Source: Ptychomitrium polyphyllum
Lineage: Eukaryota
DNA: 64,000 bases
Assembly (NCBI GenBank): GCA_973851085.1
Contig: OZ316775.1
Span: 22,568,001 to 22,632,000 of the forward strand
Direction: 5' to 3'
Program-made: the position numbers and the translations under genes
In this document: in pieces, positions 1 to 12,506 of the stretch
Position numbering within the stretch: position 1 is the stretch's first letter
Layout of the letters: the number at the start of each line of letters is the position of its first letter
The notes under the pieces: model-generated
Seen by the model: the letters and a program-made list of their open reading frames with translations, nothing else
Database searches by the model: none
Told to the model about the DNA's origin: nothing

Positions 1-2078
1 TGGAATTCATTCAAGCCTTTGCTGCTCACTACAGCTGCCTCCATCCTCTTGACGGCGATCTGGGTCCCGTCTTCAAGCTCTCCTCTGTAAACAACTCCAA
101 ATCCTCCCCGACCAAGGATGTTTTGCTCCGAAAAGTTGTTCGTGACCACCCTAAGCATGGCAATGGACATGAACATGTTGCCCTGCTCCATAACCTGATG
201 AAACAAAAACCTCAGTCAAACATCCTCCTCAAGCAAAATTTCATCAAAACCCTACACTGAAAAGAGTGAGATGATTCTTCGAAGAAGGGTCACCTGATGA
301 TCATTTGAAGAAGTGCCGCTGTGGAGGCTGTCCCCATACGAGCTCACAGTAGCTTGATGGCTGGCGCTGCTGTAGCTGTGATCCACCATAACCTTCATCA
401 GCTCGCTATCAGACCCGGAGTCCCCTCGTGGATGTATCGACATGCCATTCCCGGAGGATATCTTCCGCTTCCTTCGACACAAAAAGAAGACCAAGAGAAC
501 AGCCAAAATGGCGACTACCACTCCACCTACAACTCCACCGATGACAGGTCCAATTGTAGACGTTTTGCTCGTCTGCTGTGAGCTTGAACCATACGAGGGA
601 GACTCCACAGGGGATTCGTTTCCACCAGGGCTGGGCACAGTTCCACCCGGTGATGACTCAGGTGAGCCCGAAGGCGAAGTCCCGGACCCCGGTGGAGTTG
701 CAACAGGTGTGTCAGTCAAGAAAGGATTACCAATGTACGTAAACTTCACAGTCGACGGGAACAGAGGCAGAGGGCCGGTGAGATTGTTGTTGCTAACATC
801 CACCGTCTTAAGCGACGGCAGCGTGGTGAGCTCTGCAGGAACTGGTCCTGTGAGCGCATTCTTTGTGAGGACCAACGTGCTCAGGGATGTCAAATTCGCA
901 AGAGATGGTGAGATTGTGCCTATGAGACCGTAAGATTGCAGAATAATGGACACGATTTGACCGGAAGTGGGATCACATGACACGCCTATCCAGCCACTGC
1001 ATGGATCCGGCCCGATCCATGTCACAGCAACTTGTTGAGGCCACCCTGCCGCCGCCAAAAAGTCCAACAACGAGTTCACTTTGGCTGAGCAGGGCTGCCC
1101 CGCTGCAGCGCAGAAAGTTGTGGAGTCGGCATTAACCACAGAGGGTGGAAACGCAGGAAGCTCACCGGTGAGCTTATTCTTCGCCATCAACGCTTCCGTT
1201 AAGCCCGCCAATCTAGCAAGGCCGAGGGGAAGCCGCCCAACGAGCTGGTTGTCATTAATCCGCAAGCTCAGCAAACCAGCGGCACTTGCTAACCCTACCG
1301 GCACAGGCCCGTAGAATTTGTTTACCTGCAACCACAAGAACTGGAGCCCAATCATCCCTCCCACAGCAGTGATACTACCATTCATCTGCTGGTTGTTGAG
1401 CTTCAACACCTGGATGCTGGAGCTCTGAAACGAGTCCGGGATGCCCCCCACCAAGCTATTGTAGGACGCTTCCAGCGTTCTGAGCGCCGGCAGAGTACCT
1501 AGAAACGCCGGTAGCGGCCCTGTGACGCTGGCATTCGTGACGGAGAGGATGGAGAGCGTCGTTGCGAGCTCCAGACTCGCAGGGATTCTCCAGCCACCAA
1601 CAGAGGCGTTCAATCTGGGGTTATTCTCGACGTGAAGCTCCACGATAGAGGTCAAACCATTGAAGCAACCTGCAGGTATGGAAGTGAAGTCATTGTCGTC
1701 AAGAAAAGCCGTCTGCAGCATTGACAACCCCGCGAGTGACGGCATCGCTCCTGTGAAGAAGTTGTAGTTGAGCTCCAGATACGTTAGCTTCGTGAGCTGA
1801 TTGAGCGTGGGTGTAACTTCCCCCGTGAGCCCCAACGCACGAACCCGAAGCTCCTGCACGTTTCCAGCTGCGTCGCATTTCACAAGCTTCGGGTTCCACA
1901 AACACGGATCAGGATCGTTCCATCCCAATCCCGCACTGTTCGTTATCCTTGCCTTGAACGCTTGCAGAACCAACCTGTCCCCCGCTGGATCCCCCACTAC
2001 CACAACCACAAAACACGCTACCAATGCTATAACACGCCACAAACGACCCACGTCCCCCCTCCGTTCACCTGTCGCCAT
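1..2078 (-). CDS. TMK: TMK-type (LRR-IX) leucine-rich-repeat receptor-like kinase, 5' part; kinase domain continues beyond the left edge
   Basis: Signal peptide, two LRR blocks separated by a non-LRR Cys-pair island (WxxxDPC twice), Ser/Pro-rich stalk and TM helix ([26 protein letters not shown]). GT-AG intron 293..195; exon 194..1 reads [52 protein letters not shown] (kinase subdomains I-II). Confidence 0.92.
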
Positions 2079-5000
2079 AGCTGCCGTCTGAACTCACCCC
2101 CACCGAAGCCCTCACCATCCACACATGCCTCAAAACTCACCAGCACCCACAAGGGGCGCAACAAAACTCGTCACCCCCATCACAAGAAAGCCTCCAAACT
2201 TCGTACCACCAGCTCGATCGGCAACCTACAGCAATCTGCAGCGTCACCGTCCTCTGCCACCCAAAAATAAGAACCTAGACAACACTCTGACAAGGCTCAC
2301 TTCAAGCTGCAGAGTAGTACTGCAAACCCGACAGCTCTCACAAACGCGATGATCCAGCCCGTGTGAGCTCTGGCACGAGCGGCATTGACTCCACAGCTGT
2401 GTCCAGCGATCAGATTCTCGGACGCAGCCCCGCCTCGGGAGACACGATCACGAGTCAACAGTGGCGCAAAATTCTGCCAAGGAGTGGAAGCTCAACAGCC
2501 GCGCGGGCATGGATTGCCGCGCGCGTTCCGAGAAGTCCATGGCCTTAAGGGGTGAATGTGCAAAACAGTCACTGCACCCCAAAACTAACGATATCTACCT
2601 GTAGCGCATGTTTCACAGAATGAAATCTACAAATACTCGTGGAAAATGACGGACCGTCGCTGTATCTGAAATCGACAATCTCTAGACGTTATGAAAATTT
2701 CATTTGGTGAAACGTAAGCAGGAGGTAGTTATCGTTGGTTTTGTGCATAGTGACGGTTTGAGGTGTGAATCCATGAGGTGGGAACGGTCTCCATGGTTGC
2801 GTCTTCTTTGCGGGGCCGTTCAATGAGGTCATCTTGTGCGATTATGGGCTTTGTAATGCCGGTGACCGTGGTAAGGTGGGTGAGCTGATTGTTCCATAAC
2901 TTCACGTTGTGCACCGCTTTTTTGATGAATAAGGTGTTTCTAGAAACAGGTGTACAGTGATGATATATTTGAGGTTGAATGTTCGTTGAGACCGGAGTTT
3001 GGATGCCTTTGATAGGAATAGAAATGTTCCTTTCCCCGTCCAATCATCAGGATTTATGTTGTAAAGACTAACTTCTGCCTTATCTTTATCTCTCAAGGTT
3101 CAACTTCCAACACAAACTAAATTGGGAGAGGATGCTTTTCGTCCTTCGAGCCCCCAGATAGTTTGTTGAACAGTTACAGTTCGAAGGTGTGGCAATACCT
3201 GGTGTAGTTTACTTGTAGTTCCCAAAAGAGCTGGAAAATAGTGAGTTACCTTCAGGTCCATTTCAAGCCACGCGTCCATTGGCCAGCGTAAGTATTCTCG
3301 CTAATATTGAAGTAGAAAAGCAGCAAGTTTAATTCGCAAACTTGTTACACTTATTTGGATCTCATGAAGTTGAGGGAAACGTACATGATTGTGACTTGCG
3401 ATGATTGTGTATTAAATTTTGGGAGAAGCTTCACTTACAGCCTTGGCGGTCTGCAGGTCTGAGCCTCGCCAACGAAGACACGGTAATACGTAAGATAAGG
3501 ATTGAAGCCATAAAGTCTACCGTCATGTAAAGGTCCCCAAACCTCGGGTGTAGGGAGCAGCAGGCTCAAAGCGCACACAGACCAGGACAAAATTTTGCAA
3601 AGAATTCACAGTAACATAGGCGTTCTCAGGCTATGCAAGTCAGCTACCGACTTGGATTGTCTGAACTGTATACATCAGAAACAGTAGAAATCCAGGGTCT
3701 ACATGAAACAGTTGGATAAGAAGCCACAAGTGAAATGTCACGTCGAAAAATATCAGGTGGTTTTTAATCTCAAAGGAAGTAACCAAGTTCGTGCCAAAAC
3801 CATGTAGTACCGTGACGACGACAGTAGAGCTATATACAGCAGGAAGAAATGGTGAAGAAAAGCCAGGGTTAGAAATGAGTGGGTGGGATTTGCAGGCTAT
3901 TTACTCACTAACATCAAATTTGGAAGTGCCAGCTGGGCTAGGAGGGGCGACATTGAGGCGCATTGAATGCTCCAGAGTGGCCTTGGCACTGCAATTGGCA
4001 CCGCTGCAGCGGGCATGGGGCTGCAACCCAAAGCGGTGCTCATCATTTGAATTCGTGACCCTTCTCATGTGGAGTCTCTCCTAGATTCCAGCATTTGCCA
4101 GCGAGGCACATTGGTTCTCGCCAACTGGACCCAATATTTCTCATCTTCCACGCATGCATACTTCCCCATTTCGATGGATTATAGCAGGGGACCCTTTCTT
4201 TTAAAAAACTTGGTACCAATATGTACCCTGCAACGACATCTCATAAATTTTCAACCATTATATAGTAGACTGTTTAGTCTTCAAGCCTTGAAGATTCTCG
4301 CTTTGGAGCCACACTGTCTTCTAGGTTCGATTATGAATAGCAGATTCTTGAAAAGTTCAAAAGTAGTGATTTTATAATTTTAGATTGTTGTTTTAAAGAT
4401 AAAGGTCTTGAAGAGTTCATTTTCAAATTTTTTTAAAAAAAATTCTTTAAAAAATTATTTTTTTAATTCTATATTTTTGGCATTCTTAAGAATTTAATTT
4501 TTAGATGATAAATCTAAGTTTATAGTATTTGGAGTGTTTTTGAGTTTTAAATTCTAAATATGAGATTATATTTAAAAATTTACATGCAAGCATGTGTAAT
4601 TTTTTAATGGACAATACTTTGATAAATAAGTTCACAAATATTTCTCCATCATGAGCAGTTTGTGATTGAAATGGTTTGAAAGTGAAATAGGGTGTATGCA
4701 AGGAACTAAATCTAAGATTTGAAGACTAAATTAGTAATCTTAAGTAAGATTTTACACAAAACATTATAATGACAATTTATAGCAGCAAAAAGCATTATGA
4801 AGTAAGACTTTGAAATATGAAGAATTTACAATAAAGTTTAGAAAATTTTACATATAACTTTTTAATATGAAAATAATACATTATTATTTATTTAAATTTT
4901 AATATAGGCTTTTCTCATTGACTTAGCTCTTAATTTAATTCTTATAAAAAAAACCTTTATTTTCTTTTAATTCTTTTGATTAAGTAGTATTTATTTAGTT

Positions 5001-7056
5001 TTTTTTTTTGAAACATTAAAATGGTCCTATAAAAAATTGAAAGACATATTAAGAAAAAATGTTGTTCAAATTATGAAGAAAAAATGAATCTTTTTCTTAT
5101 CAGAAGCTTTAATAATATAATAACTATGGATGTATCATTTTATATAAATAGGCTATATACGAAAAATTGAAGAAAAGATGCATTTAAAAACTTTTAGATT
5201 ATTGTTAATTACAATGAATTTAAGTTTGTATATATTGATTAAGTTGGTGAATTTTAACCTACCTATAATTTATTCATTGTTTAATCCACATTATTATAAA
5301 TAAAACCATAATTCTTAAAAATGTTGGCTTCATAATTTATTTTGCAACAATATATATTAATTTATATAAAAAGAGCTTCAATTATTATATGTAGCGTCTA
5401 TTAAGAATACAAAAAACAAAAAGTAGATACAAAACAAATTCTAAGAATTAGATTTCAAAAGACTAATGATTAACAAGGATTGATACAAAGACTAGAATAA
5501 AGACTAGAATTAAGAATGTTCTAAAAGTCTATAGAATGTTCTTAAGATTTTTCCAAAAATGTTGGAATGACTAAGGACGCATTGAAATTGTTTTCAAGAT
5601 TAACTACAATATAATAAAACATTCTAAAAGATTCTAAAGATTTTATTGCATGATTTATGTATGTGATATCACCTCTTCTTATAGCAATGAGTTCCAAAAG
5701 AACCTCTTATTTTGGCGTGCTCATTACATCTTCACGAATTCCAAAATCTGACAAAAAAAAGAAACAACAAATTTTTCTTGGTATTCTTTGCCAAGTGGCT
5801 CAACTAATCTTTGTAAGAAATACTAATGATTACTTGCCAAAACTTTTGTTGTTGAATGTTTTAGCCTAGGATTTGATCTTGATCAGGTCCTTTTAAACAT
5901 CCTCCAAATAAGATTTTTTGTTTTCATGAAGTGATTCTTCCAACTTCTAACAAAATGACTAAAGCTCAAGCATTTGAATCAAGAGTGGAATGTGAATGGA
6001 AACTAGCCAATACTTTTGTACAAAGATGCATTCAACATTGAAATCCCTCTCTCATATCTTGACTTAGATCCTTTAGTTCTGAAGGTTGAAAAATGTTTGA
6101 AATGATTGAGACATGTTTGAATCAACTCAATGTATTAAATACTCTCCAACGACATTTTGAACAAGATATGGACATTTTGTATACCATATCATGTCTTTGG
6201 AACTTACCAGCACACCCGCCATTTTCCAATACATAATAAATGGCAAAATTTGGAAGTACTTCAATGATTTTGTTATATGCTATTTGAATGATATTTTAAT
6301 CTATTCAAAGAATCCAAAGGAACATGAATGACATACCTGCATAGTCCTATAAAAGCTACAAGATGCCGGTTTGTATGTCAAGCTAGAGAAATGTATATTC
6401 CAAGAACTTCAAGTAGAACTTCTTGGATATATCATCTTCAACAAAGGACTATTGATGGTTTCAAAAGAGGTTGAAGCTATAAACAATTGGACAAGGCCAA
6501 AATTGATTCGTGATGTCCAATCATTTTTTAAATTTGCAAATTTCTATAGGATCTTCATCAAAGACTATTCTCATATACCTCCACCATTTACGCAACTAAT
6601 ATGTAAGGAAAAGTTTAAGGGAAAATTTGATGCTGAGGATGCATTCCAAAGTTTGAAGCAAGCTTTTACCTCAATTCCTATTCTGATCCATTTGGATTTT
6701 TTCAAGCAGCTTTATCTTGAAATTGATACTTCCAACTTTACATTATAATCATTTTGTCACAATTGGGAGGAAAAGAGAGACTCCATCTTGTTGCATTCTA
6801 CTCAAGAAAATTTTTAGTTGCACAAATCAACTACAAGATCTACAACAAAGAATTCCTTGCAATTGTGGATCTTTTTTAAGACTGGTAGCACTTGCTTGAG
6901 GCCGCCATGCATCTAGTTATTGTATAAATACAAACTACAAGAACTTGGAATATTTCATGTTAGTTTATATTTTGAATGGCCTCCAAACTTGTTGGAATAA
7001 GTCTCTAATTTGATTTGATTTCGCCTCACACATTGATTCAAAAAACAGCAAGGATT

Positions 7057-7565
7057 TGTCACGGACATAGATCATGCAACATAATCCTTAGAACATTCTA
7101 GAACCTTTTAGTATATTATAATAGCTCCTGAGAATACTTTTAAATGTCTCCATAGTCTTTCCATGTTCTTAGGAAGCTTCCTAGGAAAGTTCCTCCATCA
7201 TAGGAAACTTCCTAGGAATGTTCCATCATCTTAGGAAACTTCCAAGGAAGGTTCTAATTCCTTGGAAGACTCTTAGGAAGGTTCCAACATCTTACGAAAC
7301 TTCTTGGGAAGGTTCCCTAGACTTCCAGAACATTTTTAAGCCTTGTAGGAAGCTTCTTTAGAAGTATTCTAGGAGCTACAAATTTCATACTATAAATAGG
7401 AGGTAAGACAAGGTATTCCTTAGTCTTGCCAACACAAGTTGTGGATCATCTTGAATCCTGCCTTATTCTAGCCTTTGTATCAAGTTCTTGTTAATCATTA
7501 GCTTTTCGGAAGCTAATTCATGGAAAACACTTTGTTTTTGCTTCTTGTTTTTTGTGTCACTAACA
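7057..7565 (+). repeat. Family A 5' LTR (509 bp) with five ~31-bp internal tandem units and a TATA box
   Basis: TG..CA ends; units CTTAGGAAACTTCCTAGGAAGGTTCC.. at ~7168, 7199, 7230, 7261, 7291; TATAAATA at 7391-7398; homologous to 58245-58690 and 63633-64000. Confidence 0.9.
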
Positions 7566-10500
7566 GTTTCGCAAGACTACTTTTCATCTCTGTCAGAGCT
7601 AAAGTTCTTTATAGAAGATTGTGGATTATCCATCTTCTTTAGGATTCCATAGCATCTTAGAGGTTGCGGATTACTCTCCTCTAAAGCTGGCACCATAGAT
7701 TTGGTTTTTCCATCTAGAACTAAGTATTATTTCTTTCAAAGGACGTGGATTTTCCTCCTTTGAAGGTACTCATAGTCTTCTTATCTTTGATAATTTTAAG
7801 AAATAGGTAACGTGCTTGGAACATCAGAGAATAGGTTTGCAACTATTGCAGACCTCCAAGAGTTATTAAACACAATTCGAACGGAACTCGCCTGTTTTAA
7901 TACCACCAACAATTTGGAGCAACATACTCGGCAAGCTGAAGAATCCAATGGTGATATTCAAAGCCTATATCAAGAGGTTGTTCGATTGCGAGAGGCCAAT
8001 ATTGGAAGGAAAGGCTTACGTCAAACCCATACAGAGCCAAAGATTAGCATGCCAGACAAGTTTGATGGATCAAGATTAAAATTAAGAAGCTTTATTCAAC
8101 AAGTAAGACTCTTCCTTAGTTTGCATCAATCTTGCTATCCTGATGACACAACTCAAGTGGGATTTGTGGCCACTCTTTTATCAAACAATGCACTATCGTG
8201 GTTTGCACTCCTAATGGAGAAGCAATCACCATTATTTAACAACTTAGATGCTTTTATAGAAGCATTGACATCTACTTTTAGAGACACTGACCGCGAAAAG
8301 GGTGGCTGAAACAAGAATCCAAAGTCTCCAACAAAGACAGCGCTCAACTGCTACATATTCTGCAGAGTTTCGACAATTAGCTTGTGACCTTGATTAGAAT
8401 GATAAAGCTTTGGTCACACGATTTCGATGGAGCTTAAGAGAGAATGTAAAGGACTTGCTACTCACAATGCCAAAAGTTGAAACATTGGACGAATTCATCA
8501 CTCAAACAATAGCATGTGACAACAGTCTATTTGAGAGGCGCTAAGAATAACGCCTGGAATGGCGACCAGTACATCAAAGCATGGCTACCACTTCTTCAAA
8601 AATATTGGAAAATCAACCACAAGGACCAAAACCTATATAAATTGATGCTGCCCAGTTCAGACGTTTGACTCCATAAAAAAAAAAAAGGCGTAGAAGAGAA
8701 AACCTATGTTTGTATTATTGCAAGTCTGGACATAAAAAGCGCGATTGCCAAATCAAAGGATCTGCCTTTAAGGCTAAGAGCACAATGGTGGAGTTGGAAA
8801 ATAAGGCTGTCCAATCACAGTAGGGACCATGCAACTGGACACCACAAGGAAACCACCATCAAATCAAGGTCTCTTACTACCTTCAAATCCTACCTCTTGT
8901 TTTACATTTCCTATCAAAATAAAATTGTTAGATGATGAAATTATTAGTCAGACTCTCTTAGACACTGGTGCAACGGCATGTTTTATGGACAAGGACTTTG
9001 CAACCAAACATCACATGGTGCTTGTGAAGAAAAAATACCCCGCACTTGTTGAAATTATTGCTGGACGATCTCATGCGTTTAGCAACGTTATTGAAGAAAC
9101 TCAATCCTTGGAGGTTGTTTTAGGAGACCAGGCATCTAAGATTGTCTTCAACATCATTTAATGCTGAACAAATCCTATTGTCTTGGGTCTTCCTTGGTTT
9201 GAATTACATAATCCAGACATTGACTGGCGCTCACGGAGTGTGGTTTCAAGGAAAAGATGCCAAGCTACGAGAAATCTTGGACCATCATTTTTTGGAGCTA
9301 AGGCATTTATGAGAGCGGCAAAGGATGAACCAATCTATGCCATTTATGCCACGCCAATGTCTAGCTTTACAATAGAGATTAATCAAAATATATCTCGTCA
9401 ATATCAAGATTATAAAGACGTTTTTGAGAAGAAGAATGCGGATATATTACTAAAGCACCGACTTTACGATTGTACCATTGAGTTGCAAGAAGGAGCCCAA
9501 CCACCTTTTGGACCTATTTATAACTTATCACAAATTAAGTTGGCTGCCTTGAGAAAATATATTGATGAAAACCTTAGAAAGGGTTTCATTCAACATTGTA
9601 GATCATCTGCTGGAGCACCCATTCTATTTGTAAAGAAAAAAGATGGATTATTACGCGTGGACTATCGAGGCCTCAATAAAGTAACAAAAAAGAATTGCTA
9701 TCCATTACCATTAATCTCAAGACTCCTACAACAACTTGGCCAAGCAAAGATATTCACCAAAATTGATCTTAGAAGAGCCTACAATCTTGTACGCATCAAA
9801 GAAGGAAACGAATAGAAGACAGCTTTTCAATCTAGGTATGGTCATTTTGAATACAATGTCATGCCTTTTGGCCTTACTAATGCTCCCGCAGTCTTTCAAC
9901 ATATGATGAATGATATCTTCCATGAATATTTGGATGATTTTATAGTCATCTACTTAGATGATATTTTGATATATTCAAAGGATGAACAAGACCACAAATG
10001 TCATGTGCAACTGGTCTTAGAAAAACTACGCCAGCGAGGATTATATGCCAAATTAGAGAAGTGCCTTTTCCATGAATCCTCGATTGAATTTTTAGGCTAC
10101 ATCATTTCCAAAAGAGGAATATTTATGGATAAGGAAAAAATAAGCACTGTCATGGAGTGGAGTACGCCAAGATCAATTTGAGATGTTCAATGCTTCTTGG
10201 AATTTGCAAACTTAGATTACTTTTAGATATCTCCATAGTCTTTCCACGTTCTTAGGAAGCTTCCTAAGATAGTTCCTCCATCTTCGGAAACTTCCTAGGA
10301 AGGTTCTATCATCTTAAGAAACTTTCTAGGAAGGTTCTACCTCTTTAGGAAACTTCCTAAGAAGGTTCCACTACCTTAGGAAACTTCCAAGGAAGGTTCC
10401 AATTCCTTGGAAGACTCTTAGGAAGGCTCTTACATCTTAGGAAATTTCTTGGGAAGGTTCCCTAGACTTCTAGAACATTCTTAAGCCTTGTAGGAAGCTT

Positions 10501-10710
10501 CTTTAGAAGTATCCTAGGAGATACAAACGTCTTAGTATAAATAGGAGGCAAGACAAAGTGTTTCTTAGTCTTGCCAACACAAGTTGTGGATCATTTTGAA
10601 GCCTGCCTTGTTCTAGTCTTTGTGTCAAGTTTTTATTAATCATTAGTTCTTTGGAAGCTAGTTCTTGAGAAACACTTCGTTTTTGCTTCTTATTTCTTGT
10701 GTCCTTAACA
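7057..10710 (+). mobile_element. Family A Ty3/Gypsy element with internal deletion (5' LTR-gag-PR-RT joined to a truncated 3' LTR)
   Basis: 5' LTR 7057-7565 (TGTCACGG..TAACA); gag (PKISMPDKFDG); protease [17 protein letters not shown] and YLDD. RT joins directly into the 3' LTR at ~10212. Target-site duplication GGATT (7052-7056) / GGGTT (10711-10715) inside the host RNase H. Confidence 0.9.
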
Positions 10711-12506
10711 GGGTTGTCAAATGTTTTGTCAAGGGGTCATATCTTGCGCCAAAGATAAAAGAGGCAGCACAGAATCAACAAATAGCAACTATGTTGAAGC
10801 TCAAAATTTTTTGTTTACGTTCAACCACCATTTTAACTTTGATAGATCCATCATTTTTTGACCAAATTTGTATGGCATCTACTAATAATCTTCTTGTTCT
10901 TGATATCAAGCATTGTTTCAACAATTTCCTTGAGGATGTGTCAAAGGTCAAATTTAAGGACAGTATTTTATACTTTGAAGAATGTCTATATATTTCTGAA
11001 GGACCAGTCCACCTTTGTATATTTCAAACACGTCATGACTTTCTTGTGGCTAGACATTTTGGATTCAACAAGACTTTGGAATTTTTCTCAAAAGACTTTT
11101 GGTGGCCTCAAATATGGAAGGCCATTAAGGAAATTGTACTCTTGTATGATATTTGCTTTTAGTCAAAAAACCCTCAACATTATGGACCTCTTCAACCATT
11201 GTCTATTCCAAGGCAACCGTAGTCATTTGTTTCCATGGATTTCATCACAGATCTTCCACCGTCAGATTATTTTGATACCATCGTTGTTCTGGTAGACCAA
11301 GTGACCAAGATGGCACATTTTGTACCTTATAAGAAGATGATTATGGATGAAGAGACTGCTACACTCTTTATGGATAATGTCTACCGCTACTATGGATTAC
11401 TTGATGATATTATATTGAATTGTGGACCAAAGTTTGTATCAAGATTTTGGAAGCAACTCTTTAAAATCCTTAAGGTGGACATAAAATTTTCTTCTGCCTT
11501 CTATCTCTAGACCAATGGTTAAACATAGTAAGTCAACTAGATTTTGGAACATTATTTGAAGTATACCATCAACTACCAACAAGATGATTGGACTTCCTAC
11601 TTAACATTGGCTAAGTTTGTCTACAACAACAATGGTCATGCTTCCATCCAACAACCGCCATTCTACTCTAACTATGGACATCATTCAAAGATGGATATAT
11701 TACAACCTCTACAATATGATAATCTAGCAGTAAAGGAATTTGCCACAAGGATGGCAAAGCTTCAAACAACCATGAAGATTCAATTAGAAGAAATTCAAAA
11801 ATGATACAAAACAACAGCAGATACAATAAGGAAAGAACAATCTCCATTCTAAGCTGGTGAGATAGTGTGGCTCCTCTGACATCATATAAATATCAATATG
11901 CCATGTGACAAATTGAACTATTGCAAATTGAAACCATTTGTAATCAAAAAACAAGTCAATCATATGGTATATAGTTGGAAACTATCAACATCAATGAAGA
12001 TACATCTTGTCTTCCACATTTCATTTTTGGAAGCCTATAAGGAATCAAGTATCCTTGAACAAAGGCAGCTTCTACCTCTTGTTATTAAAATTGAAAATCA
12101 TCATGAATTTGAAGTGAAAAAAATATTTAATTCACGGATAAGACGTGAAAAGTTGAAATACTTTGTTCATTGGTATCGATATAATATCAATGAATGCACA
12201 TGGAAGCCACCAAATAATCTTGCCAATTCACTAGTAAAGGTTCATGAGTTCCATTAATAACATTTAACCAAACCAAAAGTAATAACACAAAAAATAGTAG
12301 CTTAGTATTGTTGCGTAACCTTGAAAGCGCTCGATGCTTGGGCTTTTAAGTAAGAAACAAAACAATTCTTAAACCATAATTTTCCAAAGTTTAAACATGA
12401 TTTAAAAGAAAGTTGTTTGTATTTTGAAGTTTATTATAAATCCTTAAGAATAGCTTAGTATATTAAATATAGATAGTCAAGATGTAAATACCATGCTAGT
12501 GGTATC

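Noticed and set aside
252..293. Tail [13 protein letters not shown] of the 608-aa ORF, suggesting a kinase-less receptor
   Set aside because: Read-through into the 99-nt intron 293..195; splicing continues in frame into the kinase domain.
321..2091. Several + strand ORFs overlapping the receptor kinase
   Set aside because: Antisense shadows of a GC-rich coding exon with no recognisable motifs.
2729..3096. 104-aa and 64-aa minus-strand ORFs upstream of TMK
   Set aside because: No motif, splice pattern or homology I can recognise; insufficient support.
4200..5390. Very AT-rich tract as a possible MITE or Helitron (similar tract at 36150-37020)
   Set aside because: No convincing terminal repeats, TSD or Helitron 3' hairpin/CTAG end could be fixed by eye.
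5394..5398. TSD for the outer minus-strand element (GCGTC versus ACTTC at 24318-24322)
   Set aside because: Only 3 of 5 positions match; not accepted as evidence.
7168..7320. Regular ~31-bp palindromic repeats resembling a CRISPR array (also at 10251, ~52600, 58356, 63744)
   Set aside because: Units are contiguous with no unique spacers, lie inside LTRs, and no cas genes are present; eukaryotic context.
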